Source: Nageia nagi
Lineage: Eukaryota; Plantae; Pinophyta
Direction: 5' to 3'
Assembly: GCA_050084985.1 (NCBI GenBank)
Contig: JBITNC010000001.1
Location: forward strand, 120,094,001-120,158,000
DNA: 64,000 bases
The notes under the pieces are model-generated. The model made no database searches, was not told the DNA's origin, and saw only the letters and a list, made by a program, of their open reading frames with translations. Positions 13,901 to 28,900 of this stretch are shown here, piece by piece (the first letter of the stretch is position 1; each line of letters opens with the position of its first letter). Position numbers and translations under genes: made by a program.

Positions 13901-16900
13901 TCTCATTATACCCTTGTAGAGCATCTATAAATCCTCTAATGCCTCCATTGCACAAAATTTGCCAATCCTCTTTGTCTTCTTTGAAGGTTTCTCCATTTTC
14001 AGGTTCCAAACGCCTTTGACCTGTCATCTTGCAAGGAAACTTTTTGAGTGGAGTGTGTGTTTGATTGATTGCACTTGTCATAGTAAATACATGCATACGC
14101 CACCTTTCTTGAACAATCCCAACCCTCATCTGTTCCTTTGATCAAGGGTATTTATGCCTTCAATCCATGTGGCCTCTATAGTCACTTCATGAGGAAGTAC
14201 ATTACAAATGCCTTCCCATGCAAATTTATATTCTTGTTTAAAGCCCATTGATATTGTGCTTATCTCCCCTCCCTACCATTTTGATCTTTATTAGGGGCCT
14301 TTTTGGTGACCACACCCCAATTTTCATCTATCATTTGCAGGACCTTCTTCATCAACCTTGGCGACATCAAACTCCTTTATGCAAAAATCCTACAATTCCT
14401 TTCCTTCCAATTTCCTATTCGGTATGTGGAAGTGCAAATTTCCATCACAACTTCTTTGACCTGGCCTCAAAGAGTGGGGCCATTTAACTATGACATTCAT
14501 AACAATTGACCTGATTTCCCGAACATTGTACCAAAAATTCTTTTCCAAACTTCTTTGGCAAAGGGGTGGTTGATGCAAAATGATCAATTGTTTCTTCATC
14601 TATTTGATAGAGGAGCACCGATTGGGGAACACCATTCCTTTCTTCCGAAGATTATCCAAGGTTAGAACGCGGTTCCTAAAGGCCAACCAAAGAAAGTAGC
14701 AGACTTTTGGGATTACCCCATTGATTGAAATCTTTTTTTTTTTTTTGTAAAATCGTCATTGATTGGAATATTGAGTGATTCATACTCAAACTTAACCGTA
14801 TGAATCCCTTCCTTGAACTAGAGCTTATTTTCGAAAACTAGTCATTGGTTGTAATATTGAGTGATTCATACCTAGACTGAATTGTATAAATCCCTTCCTT
14901 GCTTAGTTTCCACATAGGAGTATCCTTTATCTCATCATATTTTGGATTGGGATTGACCAGAGTTTTAATTAATTATGTTGACGGCCCTTTGGAGGTCTTG
15001 ACTTGGAGTTTGTAGGATTTTCCATGTCTTCTTTCATTTTGGTGATGGATGTAACACTAGGTAGTGAGCCCAATGGAGTTTAGACCCCATTTGGTCAATG
15101 CTTCCATTCCTTCTTCCTGACAGATGGGCCGATTTCCAATCCATTCATCATCTTAGAAATGAATATGATTTTGTTACCCAATTTTCATGAAATATTATTC
15201 AAAGAATTGGACTTACCTTTACCAAACCATTCCAGAATGATGATCCTTGGGGAGGTTGTTTAACCTTAAGGAAATGCGTATCAGGCTCCAAATATTTTGC
15301 TTGACATATTTTAATCCAATTTCTATCTTCATAGCATCTTAGTCTCCTTGCCAATTTGCTTTTGAGTGCCACATTAAATCGTCTAATGTTTCTCAAGCCT
15401 AGACCTTCTTCCTTTTTGGCTTGTAGACCTTGTCCCAGCTCACAAGTTCCATCCTTTTCCTTTCTTCCATAGGGATTTATTGCAAATCTGATCAATTTTG
15501 TTACACAGCCTTGCTGGTAGATAAAAAACTGGCGCACATAGACAAGGATACTTTGCAAGATTGTCTTGACTAGGAGGCATTTTCTGGCTAAACTCCAAGT
15601 CGTCCCTTTCCACCTAACAAGTTTCTTATAAAATCATTCTAGGAGGTTCAACCAAAGCGCCTCTTTAGATGAGCAAAAAAATAATGGCATCCCTAGATAA
15701 ATACTTGGGAAGAATTCAATTTGGCACTCAAAAATACCTGCAATTTTCATTTGTGTAGAGATGGGGGTGTGAGTGAAGAATAATTTTTCTTTTGTCGAAG
15801 TTTATGTTTTGCTGGGATGCCTCTTTGTAGTCCTATAGAATTCACAAAACATTTCTAGCTTGTACCACAATTGTCTTCCCCATAATTATGGTATTATCCA
15901 CAAATTGGCCATGGGTCACCGTAGGTAGAGATGAGGCTGGCGCCTTTGATCCTCCTACATCCCTTTAGGCACCAATTCTTCTGCCCAGATCTTTTACCAT
16001 GATAATGAATAGATATTAGGAGATTGGGTTATCTTTCCATAGCCCTCTTTGGGAGGGGAAGAAGCCAACCGGTTCCCCATTACCCATAACTAAAAAGGAG
16101 GCCGTAGATATGCATTGGTGAATCCATGTCCTCCAAATTCCAGAAAACCCAAATTTTGTGTAGACCTTGTCTAAAAAGGTCCATTTCACTCTATCATAGG
16201 CCTTCTACATTTTCAATTTCAGGAAAAAGGCCACTTCTTTCGAGTCTTATTGAGTGCATGACCTCATATAGTTCAATAATGCTATCCATAATTGTCGCCC
16301 AAACAAAGTCACCTTGCTCCGAGGAGATTAGTCCCGAAAAATTGGTTTGAGTTTGTTGGTCAATGTTTTGGTTATAATTTTGTAGATTACATTACATAAA
16401 TTGATGGGTCAAAAACTTTTGAACTCCTTTGTGTCACTTGCTTTAGGAATCAATGCAAGAGATGTTGCATTCCAGGCTTTGAGAATCTGACCTGATATTT
16501 GAAACAACCTAGAATACACCCTTGCCAACAATGTGCCAAAACACCTGAAAGAACTCAATGGGAAAATTGTTCAGGCCTGATGCTTTGTTTTGTGCCATTG
16601 AGAAGATCGTAGCTTCAATCTCAGGAAATGAAAAGGGTCTTGTTAGAGTATGATTTTGGGCCTTGGTAATTAAACATGGAATATGTTCTAGAACATCCTC
16701 CATGATTCCTTCATCCACCTCTTCCTCCAAAGATAGTAGTTTTTGGAAGAAAATTACTCCAATTGCTCTGATATCCAATGGGTCTTATGTGAGGTCCCTT
16801 TGTTCATGTTTAATTTCCTGGATTCTGTAGGCCGCCCTATGTTTAAAAGTAGTATGTTTGAAAAAACGTGTATTACGGTTATCGACTTGCAACCAGGCCA

Positions 16901-19900
16901 CTCTACATTTCTGCTTCTAATGCTTTTCTTTAGTTGCCAAAATTGATGAAATTTACACATGACTTTTTTTTCTTCCATTATGAGCTCTGATGTTTGACCT
17001 TCTACTACAATCTGATTATCAATTTCCTCAATATTCTCCTTAATATGAGGTTTTTCCTTCTGAATTCTGCTAAATACCTCCTTATTCCATGGTTTCAATT
17101 TCAACCTTATATGTTGGAGTTTTTTTTGGCAATTTCAAACATCTTGGTACCATGGACTATCACATTCCATCATTCTCAAAATTTTGGTTCTAGATCAAGG
17201 TGATCAAGCCACATGTTACACCTCTTGATTTTCTGTTTCAAACATTAGAGGATTGTGGTTGATCTTGTTCTTGGCAGGGATTTCAGCAAGTAGTTTGGGG
17301 ACAAGTGAGCCCAAGCTCTTGAAACCAGAATTCTATCCAGCCTACTCATAATTTGTTCCATTCCTTCACGTCTGTTGGTCCATGTATATTTGCTGCCATT
17401 GAGTTCCAAAACTATTAGACTTGCATTACTTAACAAAGTTTTGAAGGTTGTTCATTGCCTCTATTTGTGGTGTATCCAAAATTTCTCCAAACTTTTTAGA
17501 TTAGTTTAGAGGGGTGTTGAATTCCCCAACTATGATCCATGGATCTCCTAACTTATCATTGATCATCCTTCCTATCTACCCCCAAAGAGCCCTTCGTCCA
17601 AGAGTGTGTTGAGTGCATATACATTTAGAACATGGATTTTGGTTCTATTCTTTATCTACCAATATCAAGCATAACAAATTGAAGAAGAGAGGCCAACTCA
17701 CTCGTGTATTTCTCCATGTTCCATAAAGTCATAATTCTTCCCGATTTTCCTCGAGCTAGAACGAATTCCAAACCTGTCTCATCCCAAATTCGACACTTGA
17801 TGATCTATACCTTTTCATGTTTTACTTGTATTTTTGGCAACAACAAAATATTGGGCTTCCTCTTCATGGGTCATCGCGTACAAGCCTACATGTAGAGGGC
17901 GAATTCAACCCCCTCACATTCTAAAAGATAAGGATCATCTTTTACCAGACTTCGGGGTTGCTCTACCCCCATAAAGATCTAGTGTAGTTTGCTTCTCATC
18001 CACCACATCTTTGGTAGTTTCTTTTTCCCCAATTTCTCCTTCACTCGATCTTCCAACATGTTTGGCGCCAATGTCTTCTTTCTTTGATATGGTTTGTGTT
18101 AACCAGACATCATTTCTTGCGAATTGTGTTTCTCTTACTACGGTTTCCTTCGAGTTTGAATGACTTCGATGATGCCTATCCACGAACTTTCCTTTGGTCT
18201 TCTTTTTGGGATTCACATCAATCCATCCTTCTGTCTTCAATTGATCATCCTACTACCTTTCCTCACTATTTTGCCCTCCTGGCTCTTTTGATCAGATATG
18301 GTTACCACCACCATTGATACAATCATTGGATTTTCTTTTTGCAGGTTTTGCACTTTATTTACATATGCTATCAATTGGATTTCATTTTCTTCCAATTCTT
18401 CTGGATTTGTTTCCTTTTGCTGTTTTGGCTACCACAATTTGTGAACAATGCTTGCTACGGTAACCTTGGCAGGCAGGATTTTATATTGTGGCTTACCTGA
18501 TTACATGATGAGGACAGACAATTGTTGTTTTCATATCTCAATTTCCCAACTCCGATTCTAAAGTGATTGTCTTTGGAAGTTTCATACCAAATTCCACCAT
18601 AACACAAAATCTTGCCGCCACCATCTTTGTTCGAGCTTTTGTTACCTCATCGACTATGACATACTTTCCAAAAGAATTCGCTATTCCTTCAAATATGTTT
18701 TGATGCCAAAAATTAAAATGAAGATGTGGGAAGGTAACCCAAATTGGAGGCAACATTATCTGTGATTTCTCTGGGTTCAGCTTGGTTTCCATTTTTCCAA
18801 AAATAAGCCCTGTTTCCCAAAGAACCATGGGGTGCATAGGACATAGTTGCAATCTTCTTCATATCCAAATGCAAACATCATATAGTCATTGGGCAAGGCA
18901 ATGCTTTTCCATCTTAATTTTGCCCATTTTTGAACTAGGTTAATGTTCGGCTTGATTCTGTGGAGTTTCTGATCAAACTGAAACAACCTCTTTCCACCAC
19001 CTGGGATTTTCAAGCTCAATATTCCATCAGCCGTAGTTTTGGCTTCAATGGAGGACCTGTATCCTTGCTTACCTTTTGTGAAAAGAGGCTTTGTTAGGAT
19101 TGTTGAGGAGCTGCCATAGCTTATTCAGGCATTGGGCAGTCACCGTAGCTGAGTAGTAGGAGGGGCGGGGCGAAGGCACCCACCCGTGGGAAGGAACCTT
19201 TGGAGGTAAAATTGTGAAAAGGCTTAGGTTACAGGAGTGAAGGTGGCAGAGCGTGCAGGTGTTAATGACCATAGATGAGGCAGGTGATATTGTTATATGA
19301 TATTATTTATCAATTAACTCTTTTTGGCTGTAAAATGTTTATCGAAAGATAATACATAATATTATTAATCATTGACTTGAGACTTTTCTAGTATAAGAAA
19401 AGATTCTTGGAGTCAAAACTATCACATTTTCAGGCTTTCCAAAACTCTGGAATTCCTTCAAGTTCAACTGTAGATCCCTGAAGTCATATATACATTCATA
19501 ATCTGCATATTCTGCAAAGGAGATATGCATTGTCATTTATATGATTTGTTCATTCTATTATTGAAATTAATTTGTTCATGAATGTATAAAAATAACAGAT
19601 ATTTTGTCATTTTTGTTAAATTATATTGCTTTGGAATGTTGAATCTTTTTAGAATTTCTTTGCCAAGTTCAAATAAAAAACTGGTCTGCCTAGTATGAGG
19701 CTTAACATTATGTTATTAATATTATTACGTATACAGATTTTTATTAAAAATATTCTTGTCTTTTTTCCTAATGCAAAAGTTCACAAATGAATATGCAGTG
19801 TGCAGATGGGCATCTCTTTTGTTTTCAATGTTTACAGAAACAAGTAGAAGAGTACACATTTGGAGGTATGAAAGTTTGTAGTTCCTTACCTTGCATGGAT

Positions 19901-22900
19901 ACTAATGGTTGCCAAGATTCAATTCCTATGTCGCAGGTTAGTATGTGTTATAAATAAATAAATTTGTTGATGATAAATCAAATGAGAGATACATAAATTT
20001 ATTAAAATGGATGGAACTTTCATCTTACAGGTTCGAAGAGCTCTTCGTGCTGAAGTCATTGAAAGATATGAAGAACGACAGGCTCAAGCTGAAATTGAAC
20101 AGGCCAAACTCGACTGTCTAGTGAGTGTAACACTTGGAAGATTCCCTTAAGTCTTTGGGCAAAAATAAATATATTCTGCATGTGTTGCTATCTGATTTAT
20201 TTTATTGATATTTCTCGTTTATGTTGCATGACAAATGGAAAATTTTTGCACTTGTTTGGAAGGTTTTTAACTGGCGTCCCTTTTGAATGAGAACTAATAA
20301 TTTTACCAAATTCTGTAACAACATATAATCTTCAGGCCATGCAAAATTGCTTGTAGAAAACTTGAACAGCCTTAACAAGGGTATTAGTTGTGTCAAAGAA
20401 ATAGGTATCTATTTGTTCTCTTTGTTTGTAGATTCTTTCCCATTTTATTTCTGCTTTTATGTTCAATTTGGATGGAAAGTTTAGAACTGTAGATTATACA
20501 GAATCATTTGACGTTTCTGAAACAGTTTCCACAATCAAAGCTCTGTAGGGATTTGTATAATTCTTTGTACCTGATCTTATGGAAACTCGTATTAGATTGA
20601 CATCCTATTTGCTGTTGAGAGAATGTGACAATTACTTTCCTCAATAATAGAATTGTGGGTGTAAAACTAGAACTTGTAAAAATATAATTTTAGTTTTGCA
20701 TGCTTGTTAAAGCATATTTCTTTTTATCTCTGTACACATAGCTTTGTGTACACTATATTTATGGGAAGAATTGTATAAAATCAATTGTCCTTTCTCATTG
20801 TTAAAGTGTGTGGATGATAAAGTTGTATTGGATTCTTTGTGAAATATTGAAATGGTGCACATATCTATGTCCTGGAAAATTTTTGTGTACTTCTTTTTGT
20901 GAGTTTTTGCTTTGGTATTCTTATCTTATGCCAATTCCATTGTGCTTAATTACTCTTTAAAGGAGTCTTTCCTAACAATTGGTATTGGTGCTTTAGGTTG
21001 GAGAGCTTGGCTAGAAAGTTTTTACTATGTTTTATTCATCTAGTGTATGATTAGGCGACTTATTGCTAAGGTTTAGCAATTGGAGGCTGAAAACTTTGAT
21101 ATGAGAATATTCATGTATGAAATGCTTGAATTTAGACCAAAAGCTATGATACCGCAAATACGAAGACTGAAATTGTGAAAGTTGCATGGCTTGTGGATTT
21201 AGTTGCCTCATTTTTTTTTTTGATAAATATTGAAAAAAAAGATTTTGAAAGGATCTTGAACCTTGTACACTAAGAGGATCGGAAGTATAAGCTCATAATT
21301 ACATCGGAGAGTTCCTACAAGGGACACCTCTCTACAAAATAATTTCCTAACGATACCCTTCTTAAATGAAGCTCTAACATAGAAATCCTACAAGGAAAGG
21401 AGAGGCCTGCTTCTAACTAGGAGGTATCCTGGATCCACATCATTTAAAACAAGGATTTCCCTCCATTAGGAAGTCTCTTACAAAATGTAAATCTATAGCT
21501 TTTGTTGTTACTAATCTCCTGCTTCAATAATGTAGTAGAAAGGATCCAATAAATATGCAACCCTTGCCACCATTGTTTGCAATAACCCTCTACAGGATGT
21601 CAAAAATGCAAATAACACCATTGTTCTAGCCATCACCAACGCTACTCGTCTTCCATTGATTCACCACTAAGATAGGGCCAAACCCTTAGATATGCCACGC
21701 TTCAGTAAAACTTTGGAAGGGTTTCCATCAGGGAGGTGTTATTGCTCTCTAGACCTGTTATTGAGAGCCTACGACTTGCACCCAACATGAGTTTGAATCA
21801 AATCTCCGTATCTTCTTTTGATGCATTTGAGCTCCAATCCTCCACCTTTGTAACCCTTCTCAAGTTTCCTTGATCATTGGCTTTTCTCAACAAATGAAAC
21901 TATTTATGGTCTCGTTGACTCTCAGAAAGCCAAGGGGTCCATCCAAGAGATCACCAACCTATGCCCTTGCACTCCTTAGATAAGATATTGGTTAAAAGGG
22001 CCATGTAGGACTTGCAACTCAAAATGTTGCCTCCCTAGCTCTCCACAAACGAATCCATTCTGCCTCACAAGAGCCATTCAAAACCATGATCGCCTCCATC
22101 TCCTAGAATTGTTCTGTGGGCCCTCATCGTAGTGCTAAAAAACCAATCCGCACGTGTGTTTCTAGCTCTAGGGTTTCCTTTTCCTGCCTGCACGAGATAG
22201 CTTTCATTAGAGAGCTATCCTAAAATGTATGTTTAGCTAGCGTACATGGTACTCATGCAAGGTTTGCCTACCACGTACCATACGTATTTGGCACGTTGGT
22301 ACGCACCTTGCATCTGATACATGTATCGGGTACGAGTAGATACGTATCAGATTTGAGTCCAACTTTGGGACACATACCATGTGCGTATTGGCCATGTACC
22401 ACACTAAAATTAACTCCAATAATAAAATTTAAAAAAACTAAATTTAAAGATTGATGCCCTTGATGATTTTGACCCAGACTATTTTCCTATTAGAGACTAG
22501 ACACTACATAGTGTTTGATTTTGTTCATGTTTTGCATTATAGTTTTGAGTTCAGTTTTACTTTACAGTTTACACAGCTACATTTTGAAATTTTGATTTAT
22601 TGAGTCGTTGACTCGTTGTACTTGTCATTAATTGTTATTAATGATAAATTACTTGTTGTCGTTATTACTTATTAGTTACTTAAGTCTTCTTTCTTTGGAA
22701 TTCAATGTTGTAAATTTGTAATTTATATTCTATAATTTTGTTATAAATTCTAGTATTTCAATGAAAATCTAAATTTGAAATATTATATACACCGGATTAT
22801 CAGCACAAACGTATCGTGTACTCGTATTTGCATACCGGCATACCGCTGTACCATATGACTTAGATGTTTAGTGATCGATTTAGGTGCCTCATTTCATGTA

Positions 22901-25900
22901 ACCCACCATTGAGAATATTTTGTGGATTATGAAGAGATATATTTTTTGTGGATTCTTTTAATCCAATTTGATATCTATGGTCCACTGGAGGTTGCATCAC
23001 TTGGAGAAGCAAAATATTTTTTCACTCTATAGATGATCATTCTAGAAAATCATGGGTTTGTTTCATATCATGGAGCGATGTTTTTGGATTATTTTAAGTT
23101 GTTGTGGCTTTAGTGGAAACACAAATAGGTAAGAAGTTGAAAGCTTTAGGAAGTGAGAATGGAGATCCCTTTTTGGAAGACGACTCTCTTCTCAATGAGA
23201 GCCCATAAGCATAGTCCCATGCCTCTATTCCCGGGTGACATATTTGGAACCACTCCTTGTCTCCTTTTTTCATCATAGTGATTATGTCATCCACTTCTTT
23301 CTCCATGGCAATAATCTTGTCCATGTTCTTTTTCTTCTTCATGGCCATAGTGTTTTTCATGCTTTTCTTTCTTCTATGACTATGATTTTGTCCATGGTCT
23401 TCTTCTATGCAAGTTTGAAATGCACCTCCGATATTACTCTTATGGTTTTGTTATTTTCCATGGACTTTACAATAAAATGGAGTCTTCTACATTCTTTTCA
23501 AACCCACACTAACTCACTTCCCTTATAAGGAAATTCACAATAAGGGACTTAGCTTCCACTTTCCATAAGCCTTTTCTTTTATAATATTACATGGCTTAAT
23601 TTTGGAAAAGTGGTTCAAAGATGATAAATACAATTATTTTTCATTTTCCTCCTTTAGAAGATTTTGGACACAACATTAAAATATGCCACATCTTGGTATT
23701 TATCTCCAATTGATTATTTTCTCTCCTCTTTCCAACAAAAAACTCCTCTTTTAGCATCTTGTAGCATTGTTTTGGCCTCATATGGTTATATTCTCCTATT
23801 TTTTTGGATTTTTCAAAATTGTTTCTAGTGCCATTTTTTCACGAGCACAACTTCATGAACATAATTCCAAATGCCACGAAATTTCATCCAGGTGTTCTTG
23901 GCTATATATATCTTAATTGGTCCAAATTTCACACCTTAACTCCTTACGAGTCGCTTCCAACATCGCCATCAAGTTGGACTTCAACACAGATTTGCACCTG
24001 ACAGCTGTCAAAATTTGACTGTCATGAACACAGAATGAGAATTTACCACTTTGCAAGTGCCATAACTTTCAAGTCTTTCATCCAAATGCCTTCAAATTTT
24101 AACCATATGTTCACAATAATACAAGGTACCAACAATTCAAATTTGAAGCTTTGAATCAACCCAAGCTGCTCTTGGTGAGTCTGCTAATAGAGCCTTCCAT
24201 GCATATTTTGTTTTTTTTTTTAATATTTAACTCCAAATTTTGAAGAGCCATAACTTGCAAACCGTAGCTCTGTTTTTTTCGCCGTTTGAAGTGTTGGAAT
24301 CCTAGAAGAGAGCTCTTATACATGATGTAATAAAATCAACAAAAGAAGGAACTTGAAAAATCACCTTTTTTAATATCTCCGAAAACCATTTCGGATCAGT
24401 TTTATGTAGATGATGTTTTTCTAGTAAGAGCAAAGATGTTGCTAAGACTATCAAGGTCCAATTGAGTAGAGAATGTGAAATGAAAGGCATAGGACATGTG
24501 TATCACATGCTTGGTTTAGAAATAGAAAGCATACACAAGCGGAATTAATTATAGATAAACCAAAGTAAATATTTTGAAGACATACTTAAATTGCTTGAGA
24601 TGGATAAGGGTACACAATTTAATACTCAATCTCAAATCGAAGTGTTGTTGTCTAAAGATATGCATCCTAAAAATAAACAAGACGAAGAAGAAATGACAAG
24701 ACTTCCATATTCCAATATAGTAGTAAAGTTCATGTATGAGATGATATACTCATGACCAGAGTTGGCTCACGCAGTGGGAGTTGTGAGTAGGTTTATTTTT
24801 ATGAGATGATATGCTTATGAAAATGCTGGATAGCTCTCAAGAGAATATCAAGACATATAAGGAACTAAGTATAATGCTATCTGCTATCATAAAGATAGGG
24901 TAATAAGCTTAAAGTCTTGAATGGTTGTAAAAGTGATATGTAATTGCTAGTAGAAGATGTCTTGTTTGGTCTTCAAATACAAATTTGAAATTTCTAATTA
25001 ATGGAATTAAAAGCAAATTCTGGAAATAAATTCAAACATAGAACTCACACACACAAATTGACAGGGAATTTATAGTAGTAAAACCCCATGTGGAGAAACA
25101 TCCACTTTTCGTGAGCTCGGATATATTTATTAATCACATAGTTACAATCCCTACAGGCCTAAGTGCTATTGCCTCAACATGGACCAAACATTTGCATAAA
25201 CTACCCCTAGCAACTCACAAACTAACTCCAAACCAACTCCTATCACTAGCCTTGGCCTTCTATCTTCTTGATGCATGGCCTTCCAGCTTCCTATGACTCT
25301 TGAGATTCCCTTCATCTTTTGGTTTCAAAATATTTGCTAAAATTAGCCAAATATTATCTCATTAGATAGATATTTTTGAGAGCTTTCCAGTGTATATTAT
25401 ATGCCTCAATTGGAGCTCTGCATCAAAAGTTATGGCCATTTTGGATAAGGCATGCCATGCAAACGGTTGACATCGTCCATTTCCACAACTGGGCCGATAT
25501 TGTTTCCACAAGTTACAACCAACCTGAAATCATCCTTTTGTTCTCGAAATCGGGCCGACACGTTCTTTTCTACAACCGGCCTAACACCACCAATCTCCAT
25601 AAGTGGGCTAACAACAATTTTCCTACAACTGGGTGCAATTTTGAAATAGTTGCTAACAGGTCATTCCTTAACGAAAAGGGGTTGTGTGACCACTCGTTGG
25701 AAAGATCTTGTCGCAAGCTTCCCAAGGTATATCACACACCTTAATTAGAGGTTTAAATCACAAGTTATAGCCATTTTTGTGAAACACATTGCAATTGGGC
25801 CAACAACTACTCCTATGCAATTGGATCAACATGAGAATCCCATGCAATTGCGTTGGCACCAAAAATTTGTGCTATTGGGCCAATAGCAATGCTTGTGATG

Positions 25901-28900
25901 CCAAGTTAGAAATCTATGCTATTGGGTTGACTGCATTCTTCTGCGATAGACTGCAATTTTGTAATGGATGCCAAAGGGTCATTTCCTGATCAAAGGGGTT
26001 GTGTAACCACTTGTTACAAAGCTCTTTTCATTAACTTTCCAAAGGTGTATGATTTGCCTCCATTATACATCTATAGAAAAAGTTAAGGCCTTTGGAAGAT
26101 GGCTGATTTTATATAGCAGGTACTAATTGTTATTAACCTCAAATAATCTAAAGATAATGCTCTAAACACCCAAGCATGAGAATTGTAACCAAAATTATCA
26201 CTCTATGATGTTTAGGTTTTATACAATTGATCCATTTCGGATCACATCTCCCCATTGAGGAGGCTTTTGGTCTCTAAAAGCTTGGAGACAATAAGAACGA
26301 GGAACTATCATTCCCCATGTCTCCTTATGCCACCTCTCCTTCCATGGATGATATACTTGGAACAATCCATGGACCCCATGGGACAAGTCCCAAACAAGTC
26401 CAAATGGCATGTAGGATCCCCCATGACTTTTACTTTCACTCTGCCTCTAGGGTGTACTAAAGGAAGATTCTCTTTCATATCATATCTCCTAAGATGATGA
26501 TAACCTGCCTACTTGATCTTCAACTTCTTCACTAAAGATTGATGACACAGTTCTTGAATAGGAGTTTCTAGATCGCTTGATTCTTCATCACCGCAAGTGT
26601 TAGATTTCGAGAAGAGTTAATCGACCTTTTATTTGCCTTGTAATAGCAATAGGAGCTTCACTTATGATCACATGAGACTTTATAATAAAAGATTTACCAT
26701 CTTAACAAGGTACCACATCCAATTCAACTTCATCAATGAAATCAACATTAATAGAAAAGCTCAATTTGCATTGTTGTGTGACTTGCATCTTCGTCTTGCT
26801 GGTCACCCACCCTAGTTGATAGGGATGTGGATGAGAAGCAGACTCCAACTCCAGTTTCCATACCAACTCCTCTGCAATAAGGTCACTTGGGAACCATGAT
26901 AAATAAGAACATCAATCGTGGTCTTCTTTGCTTGGACTTTGATATGAAACAATTGAATTCTTTTCTCCTCTTTAGTTTTCGAAGATGAACCTTTCACAAC
27001 CATGCAATTAAGCTTTTCATCAACATTTGAGATACTGTCAATTTCATAGGCTTCTTGCTTAATTTCAACATCCTTTGAGACTACAACATTCTTCGTTTCA
27101 AACCTCTCCCTAAACTACGAAGGTTGTAATTTGCAATGAAGTTTCCAAATGTAGCATCATTATGACCATCTTTGTCACAATGAGAACAATGGTTGGATTT
27201 CTTACCTGCTTGCTTTGACAAGCCATTAACTTTGACCTTCCCTTGGAGCTTTGTCTTGGAATTTTTATCCTTCATTCTAGACTTTCCACAAGCCTCCAAA
27301 TGCTGCGCTTGGACACACACGTGATCCAAATCCCTAGGATTAAAAAACAATATGGTATGGTGAAGATAACTATGGAGACCCCTAATATATTTCAACAAGG
27401 TGCCTTGGCTCTTCAAGAAAGCGCCAATCAATGTCGCCCTCTTCTTGAATTCGACTGTATAATCTTGGACACTCTTTTACCATGCTTGAGATGAAACCAC
27501 TCCATGGTATGCTATTGTTGATGGCCAGAAGATAAAATTGACTTTGAAGCAACTCCATGAATTCCCTCTAGTGCGTCACAACTAGCTCATCACCCATTTT
27601 AATGGCATCCATACAGGCTTCCCACCAAACTAGAGAAACCCTTATAATTTGAGTGTAGCTATTTCAATTTTTCCACTTTCATCTTCAATCTTTTGCACTC
27701 AAAAATACACCTCCATTTGCATAAGCTATTGGTTAAGCTTTTCCACAACAATCTCCCCACCAAAGGAATTGAGATCGAACTTAACCTATAGCTTCAGAGG
27801 CAATTTTTGTACTGGGCGAAAACTCTCTTTAGAATCTTGACCTCTATTTGCATTGCTATCCCACAAAGTTTTCAACTCTACAGCTGCTTTGACCATATTC
27901 TGAAGTACCTCTTCCATACTTTGAATTTTCCTCTTTCACTCATTATTTTCCATAACTTCTTTATGTTTTCTCAACCAAATTCGTGAACCAATCTCTGGAT
28001 CATCAACAAGATCACCTTCACTCTAAGATCTAGTTACAAGCATACAGGACAAACGTGCTTTGATACCATATGATTTGTAATCGCTAGAAGACTATTTCTT
28101 TCTGAATCTTCAAATACAAATTTCTAATTGACTGAAGTAAAGCAAATTTTAGAAATAAACTAGAACACAAAATTCTCACACACAAATTAACACATAATTT
28201 ATAGTGGTAAAACTCCAATATGGGGAAACATCCACTTTCAATGAGTTTGGATATATTTATTGATCACAAACATAGTTACAATCACCGAGGCCTAAGTGCT
28301 ACGGCCTCTACATGGACAAAACATCCACATAGACTACCCTAGCAATCACAAAATAACTCTAGACCAACCTCTATCACTAGCTTTGCAAAATAATCTTAAG
28401 CACTTCTTTCATTAACCTCAAAATGAGGTATGAACTCTTATACGCTTGGCCCTTTAGCTACCTAAACCCTTGGCCTTCTATCTTCTTAATGTTTTGCCTT
28501 TTAACTTCCAATGACTCTTGAGCTTCCATCCATCTTTTGGTCTCAAAATATTTGTCAAAATTAGCCAAATATTAGATCATTAGATAGATCTTTTTGAGAG
28601 CTTTCCAACGGTATACCATATGCCTCAATCAGAGCTTTGCATCAAAAGTTATGGCCATTTCAAGTAAGGCATGTTGTGCAATTGGGCTGACACCGTTTGT
28701 TTTGACAATTGGGTCGACACGGTCTATTCCTAAAAGAGGGCCGACATTGTCCGTTCCCGCAATTGGGTCGACATCGTTAGTTCTCGCAACTGGGTCGACA
28801 CCGTCCGTTCCCGCAACTAGGTTGACACCGTCCGTTCTTGCAACTGGGTCGACACTGTCAGTTCTCGAAACTATGCCGACACCATCCATCCTGCAACTGG

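Larger units (their letters stand above)
12988..19283 (-). mobile_element. Full-length decayed L1-clade LINE in intron 1, antisense to the host gene
   Basis: 11-bp TSD gtgatattgtt at 12977-12987 and 19284-19294. The minus-strand 3' end reads attataaatttacccttaccaaa. ORF1, ORF2 and a third ORF remnant lie in order. Confidence 0.85.

Noticed and set aside
14730-14905. ~87-bp duplication and T-tract inside LINE ORF2 (similar small duplications at ~12536, ~30130, ~32543 and ~48256)
   Set aside because: Ordinary local slippage or repair duplications with no sign of function.
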